From the NCBI RefSeq assembly GCF_009914755.1, contig NC_060936.1: a stretch of DNA of 64,000 nt; one strand, written 5' to 3'. This stretch comes from the human T2T-CHM13v2.0 reference genome, Homo sapiens. Below, one piece after another: positions 1-21,609 of the stretch (within the stretch, counting starts at the first letter, position 1; each line of letters opens with the position of its first letter). A program made the position numbers and the translations under genes. The notes under the pieces were generated by a model. It was not told the origin of the DNA. It worked only from the letters and a program-made list of their open reading frames with translations, and did not search any database.

Positions 1-109
1 GACCGTCCCCTCCTCTATCTTCAAAGAAAAAGGTCCTCCCCTTCTTTAAAGTCATTTCCGAACCGCGATGAACCCCTAGCCTTTCCCTGGCTCTGCTATT
101 GCTCAGCTC

Positions 110-199
110 AGACGTGGGAGAAATGTTTCCCCAGAATGGAAGAGACTGGTCTGGAGACGTGGGAGAAATGTTTCCCCAGAATGGAAGTGACTGGTCTGG
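110..199. repeat. 45-bp direct tandem duplication (2 copies, 1 mismatch) in FMNL3 intron 1
   Basis: agacgtgggagaaatgtttccccagaatggaag[a/t]gactggtctgg at 110-154 and 155-199. Confidence 0.95.
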
Positions 200-1127
200 C
201 AGACCAGATGACACGCTGACTTCAGGCAGCCAACACTGCTGTCCCATGGGCTTACTACAGTCACTTCTGGGGCACATACTTTGGTGTTGACCACAGAACC
301 AGGACCCCGGCTCTGCCCAGCCTCCCCAAGCAACCTCAGGGGCAGGGGAGGATCTGTGGTCTCATTTCCTCTCCACTTTGGCTTCTTTTTTCACTTCACT
401 GAAGATTAGTTATTTCCACCAAGACCAGTTCCTGTTCTCACCAGCTGTAGCAGTTGTTTCCCCACAGACAGAATTAGGAAGCACTGGTGTGGCTGCCACC
501 TGGACTGTCCCAGCTGCAGAACACAGACCCAATGAGTCCTGAGAAAGGGCTTTTTCATCCCAGATAAAGTAGCAGGAAGAAAGTAACGGGCAGGAAGCAA
601 TTCCAAGAACTCCACAGTGGATACAATGGCATCCATTTTATTATTTTAACCTTACATAACAGTTACATATGCTTTTATACGTGAAAAATATTTTATAATG
701 AAAAACTATACGAAATGTATACATTTATTACATAGACATATGTATATAATAAATCCCCAACAGAGAGCAAAGAACGCAAATAAAAGATGGCCAAAACACT
801 TAAAATGAAATGTTCAGAGAACTGCAAAGTAAAACAAGATACCATGTCTAATTAATCAAACTGGCAAAGGCTTTAAAAACATTAATTCACTCAGTAACGG
901 TTAGCTTACAGAGAAAGGTAGACACATATACTATCAGTGGAAAAGGTAACTGATAAAACTTTTTCAGAAGATATATGTCTCAAACGCCTTTAAAAACCAT
1001 ATACCCTTTGGCCCAATAATTCCACTTCTAGCAATTTATCCTAAGGAAATAATCAGAGATGGACACAAATATTTATGCACAGGATGTTCAACACAGTGTT
1101 ATTTGTAACAGCAAAAAAAAGATTTTA

Positions 1128-3340
<2,213 letters not shown>

Positions 3341-5049
3341 AAATATCAAAACATTGTATAAAACTCTATGCAGAGAAAAAAATATAAAGGTTTTAAAGCA
3401 CATCAGCTGCATTTGGTAAAGGAACTAAGAAAATATTTGCATTTGGTAAAGAAACTAGAGAAAATATGGATGTTTTTCTTTAACCTAAATCTTTAGTCTT
3501 TTCTTCTTTCTGAATTGTCCCATACTTTCTTTAGAGAATAAGTATTACTTTAAGAGGAAAACAAAACAAAACAAAACAAAAAAACGCTGAATCTCCCTCT
3601 GGGCAATGAAAACATTCCCAAATGACAGAGTCCACTCCATCAGTCCCTTCCCCACCACACACAGGCTTCCCCCAGACTAAGGCAGGGTCATATCAGAAGG
3701 TCAAGGGAATAAGACTCCTCTCTGTGGTCTAGGGTCTTCTCTGTGGGGTCTCTGAACAAGAAGAAGGTTCCTCTGACCAGCTGCTGTGAAAGGCCCTTTC
3801 CCTGCCCCCTCCCAAGTTCTATTCTAGCCTGAACTAATTCACCACAATCCTGAGGGCTGGGAAAAAAATTTCCACCATGGTGATTTGGAACCTGATATTT
3901 AGTCCAAGTTTTTCCCAGCCCATTTCTGTGTCAAAGGAGGCCCCTCAAAGCCTCTTAGACAACTAGCACCCAGGCCAGCTTAGCTCCCACATCAATGCTA
4001 CACTTACAGAAAAACCCCCAAGTTGTCAGTCATCACCAGGGAAATGTGAGAGGAGAAACTGCAGCAGGGATAGCTCCTGTCACACAACCCTACCCTTATG
4101 CCCTGAAAGCCTCCTCCTAAGGGATATACAGGGCTTTTTCTGGCATCAGAACTTTTAGACTCCATGTCAAGTCTGTAGTAAATCAACAAAGAGAAAAATC
4201 AGAGTACAATCACAACAAAGACAGACAGCTATCCTTTCAAAGACCTTAGAGCCCTCTGCCTCCCCTCTCTATGGAAAGTCCAGTACTGGCCAGAATACTA
4301 GCTTCTGAGCAACTGAGTTTGGGTAGTAATCTAGTTTGGACCAAAACACACTGGGACTGTATCAGACCAGAGATTGGCTCTCATTCTGGTATTCATAAAG
4401 AGGAGCTCCATTAATTGCCCCAACCCCAAACTTCTCAATACCCAACAGAATGGGAAGTGCTACTCAGATAGGGGGTAAGGAAGGATGCCAAGAAGCAGTG
4501 TAACACAGCAGCTTCACAACCTTTTTCCCATCGAGGCACACCTAGAAAATATTACTGTTTCTACAGTACATGGGGTAGAAGCTGATCCCATCCAGAGGGG
4601 ACTGACTGGGAACTTTAGCTGCCCCTAGGAATAAGGGGATCAGTATTCCAGCACATCTGTGATCCATCTGCAGCACACTAGTAGGGAAGCCCTGAATTAA
4701 GGCACTGGGCTGGGTTAGGATTCTTGGAATCAATGTTCTCATCAAATCTTCTCATAGCCCTCATCTCAAGCTCTTCAACTTTGGCTGACAGATCATGTGT
4801 CTAGAACAGAAGGCTGGGAGCCTGTGGTCTTGACTCAGCACTGATACAACTTCCCCAGCGAGGATACTCTTCAGGGGGTTTTCCACAGACACACTTGGGG
4901 CTAAGGAAGCCCTCCAGCTTACAGCAGCAGCCATATTCCGAGACTGGATATACACAACAGGGTAATTGGTTTTATCAGATTTCTAAACTTTAAAACCCCT
5001 TTTTCGGAACACAAGTGATCTCAGATCTGAGTCACTGCTGAGAGGTACA

Positions 5050-5940
<891 letters not shown>

Positions 5941-7599
5941 TTCTCCTGACTGTTCAGGAAATACCCCTAAGCCTGTACCTGGGTCAAACACCTGACTCAG
6001 TCAGTACTGTTCCCAAAGCATGGTAGAAAGGGTACCTTTCAGAACAGTGGACACAGGGACACTTAAGAGCCCCCAGAGAAGAACTCAAATCCCCAAGAAG
6101 GGATGATTTCCCTGTATTGGAAAACTGAGGTGAAATCCCGTCTCCTGAGACAACTAACTAGCTCTGGCCTGCCCTGTTCCAACCCTTCATCAGCAGCAGC
6201 TCAGGCACACAGAAACAAGACCAAAACAAAAGGCATGAGGAAACAAATCAAAATTTTATACAGAAAGGAAGGCATGCAAGTGGGTGGTCCAGTCCCCCAT
6301 TTGACCTGGGTTCTCCTGGTGCTCTGGTGTCCTGGTTAACTAGGACATCACGTGCATTTTGTGAATATTAAGCCATTAGTTTGCTAACTAAACGAAATGG
6401 TCAACCAAGGGCCAATGAGAACATGATGGATTCTGGTTCTGAGCTCTCACAAAAAATGGCCTGGCAGCTCCCACCTAAGGCAGCCTCCCACCCAATCCAC
6501 CTCACCCCATCCCTTTCTCCCCAGTTTCTATAGCTAACTTGTGTCAGCTTGCTGGGGATTTTCACACCCCCACCAGAGTGCAGATCCCCTCCCACTCTTT
6601 TCCCCAACAGTTGGGCTCTTGTTCTCAAGGCCACTAAGTCCCAGTCTCTCCTCCTCAGCCTGTGAGATGGTCACAGCACATTGGTAATCACTGACTCACC
6701 CGATCCCCCGAGGAGGCTGGGGGAAATGCAGAGGGCCACAGGATGTATGGCCCACATCCCTTTGGCCCTTCGCAGAGCTGGCGGGCAGAGAGGTGCCAGC
6801 GACACCACTTCCCCTTGGAACACTGTGGACCCTCTTTGAGCCAGCTCTGGTGCCAGTGGGCTGATGTCAGATTCTCTACCATCGGAGAGGCCAAGATCTC
6901 TAGACAGCTCCACTGTTGCCAACAGATCTAATCTCCTTATTCCAAGGCAGATGAAATCCAATAAGGCTGCTAAGTCCACAACTTATCCCTCCTGATGGGC
7001 AGAGGCAAAGGCAGAGTCGGCCATACCAACAATAACGCCAGAATTATTACTGCTTCTTAGAAAACTCTTTGGGGAAGTGAGAACTATTTCCCCAAATTTC
7101 TCAAAGATTAACCCCGGTTTACCAATGTTTTCGCTCTGCAAAACTTCATTTTCAGCGCAAACATATTTTCTGGCTCCTTCCCGGTGATACCAGCTCAGAA
7201 CCTCTCGCTTCATAGAGCCACTGACATCAATGTCCAATTCCCACACCAAAGAAGAATCCCAAAGTCAGCTCTAAAAACCCATTTATACAGACCGTTTGAA
7301 ACCCACAGAAAGACTAAAAAGCACAGGCTAAACAACACAAACCAGTCACTATGGCTTAACGTGAAAAGGGGGGGAGGAGGCGGGATGGTTTGTGTATTGT
7401 TTCACTTGGAGAAATACCCCAGTGAAATGGTTTATCCACATGTTCAGCCTTTCAGGCAAATCCACTCTAACTTAGCAGGATGCCTGCAGGCCGTTCTGAA
7501 AATAAGCAGAATGGCATACTCTTTATTCCACCCCCTTCAGGAGCTGCCAGCCGCCTCCCCATCCCCCTCTCCCCCCAAACATCTGGTCTGGGCTGGGAG

Positions 7600-8820
7600 T
7601 GGGACCCACTCCCTGGGAAGCCTCCATGTTCGCAGGAGAGGCGGTGTCCCCACTCAGGGAAGCCTGCTGAGGAGCGAGCCGGCCGCGCTTCTGAATTCCC
7701 CCCACCCGCGAGAGGCTCCGGGCTGAGAATGCTAGGGACGGGGAGCCTGGCGAAGAAGCGGGGAAACGGGAAAAGGGCAGCAGAAGGGGGAGGAAGAAGG
7801 AGGGAGAAGCCTGGTTCCTAGGACGGTCCCGAACTGGGGACTTCTCCTAAGGGTCCAGCGGTGGAGGCGTCGGTCCCGAGATCCCCGACGGGGCTGTCCG
7901 GGCCGGCCAGCGGCTGCTCAGAGGTTCCTGGGAAGACACTGGAGGCCGGGATCCGTTCGGGACCCCGACTGAAAGGGTGGGCGGGACGGGGGCCCAGCAC
8001 AAAGTCCCAGCCCGGGCGTCGGGACCTGAGGGGCGGTACGCGGGGGAAGGGGCTGGGCTCAGCTCTCACCAGCACCAGGGCGAACCTTTCCTCCAGCTCA
8101 CAGGGCTCAGGCATCGGCATCTTGCCGGGCGGCAGCAACAACGGGACAGAGGGGGGCTCTCCCGGGACCCCCTCGGCGCTCTCCAGGTTGCCCATCGCGG
8201 CGGGGCCCCCTCAGGGGCCTCGGCCCCCCACCTCCACGCTCCGGAGCTTTCGGCTCCGCGGCTCCGACCAGGCTCCTCCCTCAGCGCCGGCTCCCCGAGT
8301 CCCGACTCCTCGGCCCCGTCGAGGGCGCCGGGGGTTCCCTGGAGTCCCGCTGGCGGGGGCGCGCGGCGAGGGCGGAGGCAGCGTAGCGGACAGCCGCACC
8401 GAAGCAAGGCGGACGGAGGCGGCCGGCTCTTGCTCACACCCGCCGCCTCGCCGCGCTCGGCGCGCCGCCCGGGCGCTGCCCCTCCCCGCCCCCCGCGCTC
8501 TTTCCCTTCCCCCGCCAACCTCGCTTCCTCCCACCCACACCCGGCCGAGACTCGGGCTTCCCCCGCGAGCGCCGACTGCAGCCCGCGCGACGCGCGCCCC
8601 ATTCATGCAGGCCCCGCCTCCCGCCCAGAGGCCTCACAGGCGGCCCGGCCCGCCCCACCTGCGCCCGATTGACGGCCGCGTCTGCCAATCACAGCGCCTC
8701 CCGCCCTTGACGGCCTCGTGCCGGGCGCCGAGCGCTCCCTGGCGGCCTCAGCCGGCATCGAATCACCGCGGTTCCCAGAGGGCGTGAGGGGCTGGCGTGG
8801 ACACACCGGGAATGGACCGT
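7600..8820. promoter_or_regulatory. CpG island / TATA-less promoter of FMNL3, likely bidirectional
   Basis: Very GC- and CpG-rich. GC boxes (ccccgcctcc about 8612, cccgcccc about 8649), CCAAT at 8685-8689. Spans FMNL3 exon 1. Confidence 0.85.
8070..8195 (-). CDS. FMNL3: Formin-like protein 3, first coding exon (42 codons; the rest of the gene lies left of the window)
   Basis: Translates to [42 protein letters not shown], the FMNL3 N-terminus with an MG myristoylation start. Kozak context gccgcgATGG; donor CTG|GTGAGA immediately after 8070. Confidence 0.96.
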
Positions 8821-9865
8821 ACCCTTTTTCAAAAGGAACTCATGATGTATACAAGTAAGTAAAATATTATACAAGGCATGGCGTACAAAACTAACTACAA
8901 GAGAAGTAGAAACAAGCAGGATACTCAGAAGAGGGAGAGAGATAGTACCTGTTAAGAGTCGGGGTGAGGGAGATCATAGTTGGACCAGGCATTGAGGGAT
9001 GAGGAAGCCCTTACCCGACAGAGGCAGGGGAAAAAACGTTTGGGAGGAGAGAAGCTTAACCATCTGGCTGCGTGTGAAAATGGAGAGGCGGGAGAAGAAC
9101 GCTGTTCTGGGCTCAGTCGGCGGCTGGGTCGTTGACATTTGCGGTGGAAATTTGTTGTCTAGCCGCCATCTTCTTCCAGTGAGAGCACCCCCTTTTCTTT
9201 TAGGAAACCACCTCTCCCCTCTTCTCAGTCTAAATGGAGCTGAATTTTATCCCCAGTTCCAAAGGACCGCATGACCCAGGCCCAGTCAGTCACAACATTT
9301 TCCTCCTCTACCCATGGACACTGTTTTAGGGATTGTCACTTGACCCAAGCCCAGACAATATGATATATCCAAGGCTTTCTCTGAAACAATCAGGAAAGAG
9401 GCACTCACTCTCTCTCCATTTAGGCTGCAAAATTATTAGAATGTAAACCTGCAGCCGCTGGTGGCCGTCTTATCATCACCTGTAACACATCAAGCCTGCT
9501 TGAGAATGAAGCCAGCGCAGAGGAGAGAAAAGCTATGAGACAGGACAAAATTCTAATGACATGCCAAGAACCTGGATCTAACCATGCCTGAAGTTATCAC
9601 CTAGATTTTTAATTCATTTATTCAACAAATATTTATTTTAGAAAGTTTATTCTATGCCAGATACTATTCTGGGCATTGAAGGTACATCTGCGAACAAACA
9701 GGATATACATTGTGTCCTCTTGGAATTCACAATCTGTGTAGAAGGAAAGGTAGACAATAAACTAGACGAGTAAAATGTATAGATGTTAGTGATCAGTGTT
9801 AATAAAAATAAAACTGAAAGGTGATAGAGATGGAAGAGGCATTAAGATTTTAAATAGAGTTGCTT

Positions 9866-9990
9866 ACTTGGGAGGCTGAGGCAGGAGGATCAATTGAAAC
9901 TAGGAGGTTGAGGCTGTAGTGAGCCATGTTCATGGCACTCCACTCTAGCCTGGGTGACAGGGTGAGGCTCTGTCTCAATAAATAAATAAA
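9866..9990 (+). mobile_element. Alu right-arm fragment (old, FRAM/AluJ-like) at the 5' edge of the COX5B retrocopy
   Basis: acttgggaggctgaggcaggaggatc...tgtctcaataaataaataaa. Confidence 0.85.
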
Positions 9991-10493
9991 CACAGCTGTT
10001 GCTTGTCACAGGCATGATGGCTTCAAGGTTAATTTTCAGAGCTGGAGCGCTAGCCGCATAGGCCTGAGGGCTTACAGTCCCAATGGGGTGGTTGCAGTGT
10101 GCTTCATGGCATCTGGAGGTGGCGTTCCTACTGATGACAAGCAGATGACTGGGCTGGAGAGGGAGTTCATGACAGCCATGTATGAGATTGGACCCATACA
10201 ATATATTACCCCCAAAGGCAGCTTCAGGCACCAGGGAAGACCCTAACAGCTCCCTCCATCACCAAGATAATAGTGAGCTGCATCGGTGAAGAGGACAACA
10301 GTGCTGTCAACTGGTTCTGGCTGCACAAAGGCGAGACCCAGTGATGCTCTAACTATGAACCCATTACAAGCTGATGTCCCACAAGTTGGCCCAGTGAGCC
10401 CTGGCACTAATTGCTCAAAATGTGCTGTAAAGTATCTTCTCTCCAATAAAGACTAGTCATTGCATTGGCTCCTTCTTCCCCTCCCTCATAATA
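9991..10493 (+). pseudogene. COX5B processed pseudogene (cytochrome c oxidase subunit 5B retrocopy)
   Basis: ATG at 10017. Degenerate MASRL...MASGGGVPTD...TGLERE...[18 protein letters not shown]...EEDN...WFWLHKGE with stops and frameshifts, no introns. AATAAA 10445-10450, A-rich remnant, TSD aa[g/t]attttaaatag at 9844-9857 and 10494-10507. Confidence 0.92.
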
Positions 10494-11306
10494 AATATTT
10501 TAAATAGGATGATCAAGGAAGGACTCACTAATAAGATAGCATTTGGATAAAGATCTGAAGGATGCAAGGAAATAAGCTATGTGGCTATCTAGGGAAGAAT
10601 TATCCAGACAAAGGGAATGGCAAGTGCATACTATCTCTGATGTATTAGAAGAACAGCAAAGATGCCAGTGTAGCTGGAGTGCAATGAGCAAGGAAAAGGG
10701 TAGTGAAAGATGAAGTCAGAAAGGTAACCAGAAGCCATATATTGTGTAGGATATTGTAGGCTATTGTGTGAGGACTTCGGTTTTCTCTAAGTAGGATAGG
10801 TAGCCATTGGAGGATTTTGAGTAGAGGAGTGGTATGATCTAACATGTTTTGTAACAGGGATCACTCTGGCTCTTGCATTGAAAACAAACCAATAGAAGTA
10901 TGGACAGGGAGACTAGTTAGCAGGCTAGTGCAATCATTTGGGTGAGAGATGGTTTGAACCAGGGTGGTAACTGTACCGGTGGAAAGAAATGGTCAGATTC
11001 CTTATTAAAGACTTGAAAGTAAAGCTGATGGAATTTCCTGATAGTTTGAATGTGGAGGGTGAATGAAAGATAACTGCAAAGTATTTGACTTGAGCAACAA
11101 AGATGGTGGAGTTTTCACTAATTGAAATGGGGGAAGTGATAGGAGGAGTAGGTTTGGTGAGGGGGAACTGGAAAGGGAAGGTCAGGAACAAGTTTGGGCC
11201 ATGTTGAGTTTGATTTGCCCTTTGGACATCCAAGTAAAGATATCCACTAAGCAATTGGATATAAATGAGTTTGCTCTTCAGACTCATATATGTCTTATTG
11301 CGATTG

Positions 11307-11422
11307 CACCCCGCTGGGACTGCAAGCCCTCAAAGCCTTCATGGCCAGCGTTCCAGCTGTGCAAAGTAACCTTGAAGCCATCATGCCTGCGACAAGCAGC
11401 AGCTCTACTTATTAATTTATGC
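11307..11422 (-). pseudogene. Inverted second copy of the 5' end of the COX5B retrocopy
   Basis: Reverse complement reads gagctgctgcttgtcgcaggcatgATGGCTTCAAGGTTACTTTGCACAGCTGGAACGCTGGCC..., i.e. [24 protein letters not shown] (ATG at 11381). Confidence 0.88.
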
Positions 11423-12492
11423 AATTTGGCAATGTAAATTTGGAAATCATCGTCATATAGATGCTATTAAAGCTAGTAAATTCTTTTTCTTTTTTATTTT
11501 ATTTTTTTATTTTATTTATTTATTTTTTTTGAGACGAAGTCTCACTCTGTCGCCCAGGCTGGAGTACAGTGGTGTGATCTCAGCTCACTGCAAGCTCCGC
11601 CTCCCAGGTTCACGCCATTCTCCTGCCTCAGCTTCCTGAGTAGCTGGGACTACAGGCGCCTGCTACCACGCCTGGCTAATTTTTTTGTATTTTGAGTAGA
11701 GATGGGGTTTCACTGTGTTAGCCAGGATGGTCTCGATCTCCTGACCTCGTGATCTGCCCGCCTCAGCCTCCCAAAGTGCTGGGATTACAGTCGTGAGCCA
11801 CCGCGCCTAGCCAAAAGCTAGTAAATTCTTTTTCTAACTCACTATGCATTGGGTTCCTGTTGTTTACAACCAAGAGGTAGAGTCCCTGTCTTTCCAAACC
11901 ATTGAAACCCTTTCCTGTGAAGCTCAGCCTCTTCTAATCAGTGAACAAATTAATCAGTTCACATCTTATCCCCTTTCTTCATCTCCACTTCTTACCCTAA
12001 ATACGTGCCTTCCCAACTGCTGTGGCAGACTCTTCTAAGCAGAGGGGTTATAACAAGACTGTAGACTTCCACTAGACAAAAGTTGAGAATTCAAGAAGGG
12101 AAATAATTCACCATTTATCATGGATGCACAAGGAACATCTAGCAAAAAGAAGAAACTCGATAGGACAGTGAACAGCAGTGTATTCACCTTTTGTGTGGTT
12201 TCTTAGTCCCTAACCTTTTAATTCTGTTTTTGCTTGCCTCAAGCATAACCACCAGATTTATATACTCTAGGGTCTTTGGGGATCTGCTAGATTACTTCTT
12301 TCATTGTTAACTGCCTGCTCACCCACCTTTAAATGCTTACTTTCTGTAGGATAAAACTAAAACTCCTTATTCTGATATTCGAGGGTCTATCTCTAAACGC
12401 TAATGTCTTCTAATCAAATCAACCCTTTGCTTCAGCTGGAAAGGTCCATCTCCAAACATTAGTTGCTCATTCTTATGTCTGGCTTTGCTCTT

Positions 12493-12951
12493 TGTGGTAG
12501 ACAGAATAATGGCTCCCAAAGTATCCATGTCCTAATCCCCAGAACCCGTGTATATGTTATCTTACATGGCAAAAGGGACTTTGCAGATGTGATTAAGTTA
12601 CAGATCTAGAGATGAGAAGACTCTCCAGGTGATCTCAATGTGATGACAACGGTCCTTATAAGAGGAAAGGCCAAAATGAGGGAGGGAGATGTGATGACAG
12701 AAGCAGGAGTCAGGGTGAGGTGGAGCCATGAGCCAAGGAATGCAGTAGCTTCTAGAAACTGAAAAAAGTCAAGGAAACAGATTCTCCCCTCAATCCTCTA
12801 TAAGGAACATGGCCCTGTCAACACTTTAATTTGAGCTCTGTTAGACCTAATTTCAGACTTCTGATCTCTAGAACTATAAAATCATAAATCTGTGTTGTTC
12901 TTAGCCACCGTTTGTGATAATTTGTTAGAGAACCAACAGGAAACTAACACA
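12493..12951 (+). mobile_element. MLT1 (C/D-type) MaLR solo LTR
   Basis: tgtggtagacagaataatggctcccaaa...ggcaaaagggactttgcagatgtgattaag...ggaaactaacaca. Confidence 0.8.
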
Positions 12952-14665
12952 TTCCTGCTGCGTCCCTGATCTGGATTTCTTCTTCCTTCTACTCCATCTA
13001 TCCAAATCCCACCCAGGCTTAATACAATCTTTAGGTTTATTGGGTGCTTATGTGCAAAACATCTGACTAGATGCCGGTAGATAAAGAAAGAATGCAAGAT
13101 GAAAAGGTGAACAAGAGACCTGCTGCCAACTTCAAAAGAGCTCCAAGTCTGGTGCAGGAGAGGCAAGGTAGAGCGGAGGAGTGTGGACCCAGTTTGAAGG
13201 AACCGTGTAAGATCATTGGTATTATATTGGTGGGTACCAAGTTTCATATCCCATCCTGGAGTTTTCTCAAATTCAAATGATCATGACTCTTGTTTTCTCT
13301 ACTTTTCATTTGGAACTTGTAGATATGTAACTCTTGGTTCCTTTACTGCCTTGTGCTGTTTAATTTTTTTTTTTTTTTGACAGAGTCTCACTCTGTTGCC
13401 CAGGCTGGAGTACAGTGGTGCAATCTTGGCTCACTGCAACCTCCACCTCTGGGTTCAAGTGATTCTCCATCCTCAGCCTCCCGAGTAGCTGGGATTACAG
13501 GTGTGCACCACCACATCCAGCTAATTTTTGTATTTTTAGTAGAGACTGGATTTCACCATGTTGGCCAGGCTGATCTCCAACTCCTGACCTTCGGTGATCC
13601 ACCTGCATAGGCCTCCCAAAGCTGTTTAATTTTTTGTCTATGTCTTGTCTGGTCTGTGGAGCTTATTTGTTTATTTAAAAGTATATATATCCAGTCCTCT
13701 TTTATTTCAGGTACTAAGGAAGATCCAGATATGAATAGGTGTCTTTCTTCCCTGTGCTCACAATAGGGCTAGTAGGAATCTAAAAGCCTCTCAAACTAAT
13801 GTTTACAAAACAGTATGGTAAGTGTTGTCATAGAGGGTCATGCCAAGTGCTATTGAGAGAACTGGGGAGTGGATGACACTGGAGCCAGCGCTTAAGGGCG
13901 AATAGATGTGCCAAATGGAAAAGAGAGAACAGTGTGATTAGAAGGTGATGGAAGGATGATCAGGAAGGAGAAAAGGCATTCCAGAAGGGGGAACAATACA
14001 GGTGAAAATGGATTGTTTGAGCAATAGTAAGAAATTCAGTGAGGCTGAAGAGTAGGGTGTATAGCAGGAAGAGAGGAGATAAATCTAGAAAGACAGGTCA
14101 AATCAAGTTCAAAAAGAGCCTTGTGCTAAGCTAAGAAGTTTGTCCCTTTTTTTTTTTTTTTTTTTTTTTTTGAGACAGGGTCTTACTCTGTCACCCAGGC
14201 TGGAGTGCAGTGGTGCGATCTCTGCTCACTGCAACCTCAACCTCCTAGCTCAAGTGATCCTCTCATCTCAGCTTTCCTAGTACCTGTGGCTACAGGTGTG
14301 TGCCATCATGCCCAGCTAATTTTTGTATTTTTTTGTAGAGATGGGGTTTTGCCATGTTGCCCAAGCTGGTCTCAAGCTCCTGGGCTCAGATGATCTTCCT
14401 GCCTCAGCCTCCCAAAGTGTTGGGATTATAGGCACAAGCCACCATGCCCGGTTGAGTTTGTCCTTTATTATGTAGATAGTAGCATGTCCTAGACAATTTT
14501 TAAGTAAGCTCTATGGAAAAATTCCTTTAGGAGCATTTGAAAATATAGAGGGTCTACAGAAACGACATAGGGAAGATAGAAGCCTGAACCAAATCAGAGC
14601 AGGGGGATGAACAGAAGTAAATTTGGCGAAGGAGATATACCTGAGATACAATCAACCAGACTTCA

Positions 14666-15540
<875 letters not shown>

Positions 15541-16084
15541 AGTGACTGGTATTATTATAGTGTTTTACAATTTTCAATATTTTTTCACATCCATTACCTA
15601 CTTAGATCTTTACAACACTATACGAGGGAGATATTATCATTATCCTTGTCTTATAGATGAGAAGGCAGATTTTAAAAAGTGAAGTCGTATGAACAAGACC
15701 ACCTAATGAGTAAGTGGTATCCCTGGCTCTGAACCCAGGCCTTGTTTCAGAATTCCATGCCATCTGATTCTCTAATGAGAAGTGAGGAAGTAAAGAAGAC
15801 TGAAGAGTTTAGGCCAGCTTAAGGATGCCCTACCTTTATCCTCTAGGGAAGCTCTTAGGTCAACTGCTTCCCCCTCCTTACTGACAGCACTTTCAAACTC
15901 CAGCTTCCACCCCTGTCCTACCCATCGAAGAAGCTTCTACATTCTCCCTACCTCCTAGTCTAGCGCCTAGTCTTTAGAAACACACATCTCCTCACCCCAT
16001 CTCTTTCCTAGGAAGGTGTGGGAGAAGTGTCAACACAGATATTTAAGAGTTTTACTTAATAATTTGCCCTGGCAAATTATTACA

Positions 16085-21176
<5,092 letters not shown>

Positions 21177-21609
21177 TTAATCTGCTTTTTATCTCTCACT
21201 CTGCCACACCACCTCCTAACTTTGGGAAAGCAGATCTGTGGCTATTTTCCTACCTTCCTCCCCTCTACCTTCTTACTCCCCCCACAGCCTTTAAAGTCAA
21301 GTCCAACTGCCATTTTCCTTTAAAGGTTTTATTTATTTGTTAAAAACCACAAAACTTTGCAAAGTTATGCTTACCAATACATGCCAATTGTGCCACAAGA
21401 GGCAGCATAGCATAATGATTAAGAGCATGGGCTCCAGAACAGTCACCAGAGCTCAAATTCAAGCTCTGTGACCTTGGACAAACTGAATGAGCCTTTTCGT
21501 CATCTGTAATGTAGTCATTGTTCCTACTTCCCAGGGTGATTGCAAAGATTAAATGAGTTAATACATTTAAAACATCTTGAACACCATCTAGCATCTCATA
21601 ACCAGAAAA

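Larger units (their letters stand above)
9140..11880. mobile_element. Old MaLR (MLT1-type) LTR pieces and an L2 element (about 9610-11480) hosting the COX5B retrocopy; minus-strand AluY at about 11525-11813
   Basis: L2 3' motif ttcatttattcaacaaatatttatt and body attttaaataggatgatcaaggaagg; MLT1-like ends. Confidence 0.65.

Noticed and set aside
3408-3467. Imperfect 30-bp tandem duplication (a similar 23-bp one lies at 47436-47479)
   Set aside because: Ordinary slippage-type duplications in AT-rich intronic or repeat DNA, with no functional signal.
7184-7726. 180-aa plus-strand ORF antisense to FMNL3 intron 1
   Set aside because: Non-ATG start, no recognisable homology, and it runs into the CpG-island shore.
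7861-8787. 308-aa and other long overlapping ORFs across the FMNL3 promoter
   Set aside because: Stop-poor GC-rich CpG island; Arg/Pro/Gly/Ala low complexity in all frames; no recognisable domain.
9844-10507. Alu-COX5B template-switch chimera (Alu fragment and retrocopy inside one TSD)
   Set aside because: The inverted copy at 11307-11422 appears to show the same junction without the Alu, and degenerate repeats (agagttgctt / acagctgttgctt) flank the Alu, so later Alu insertion is the simpler explanation.
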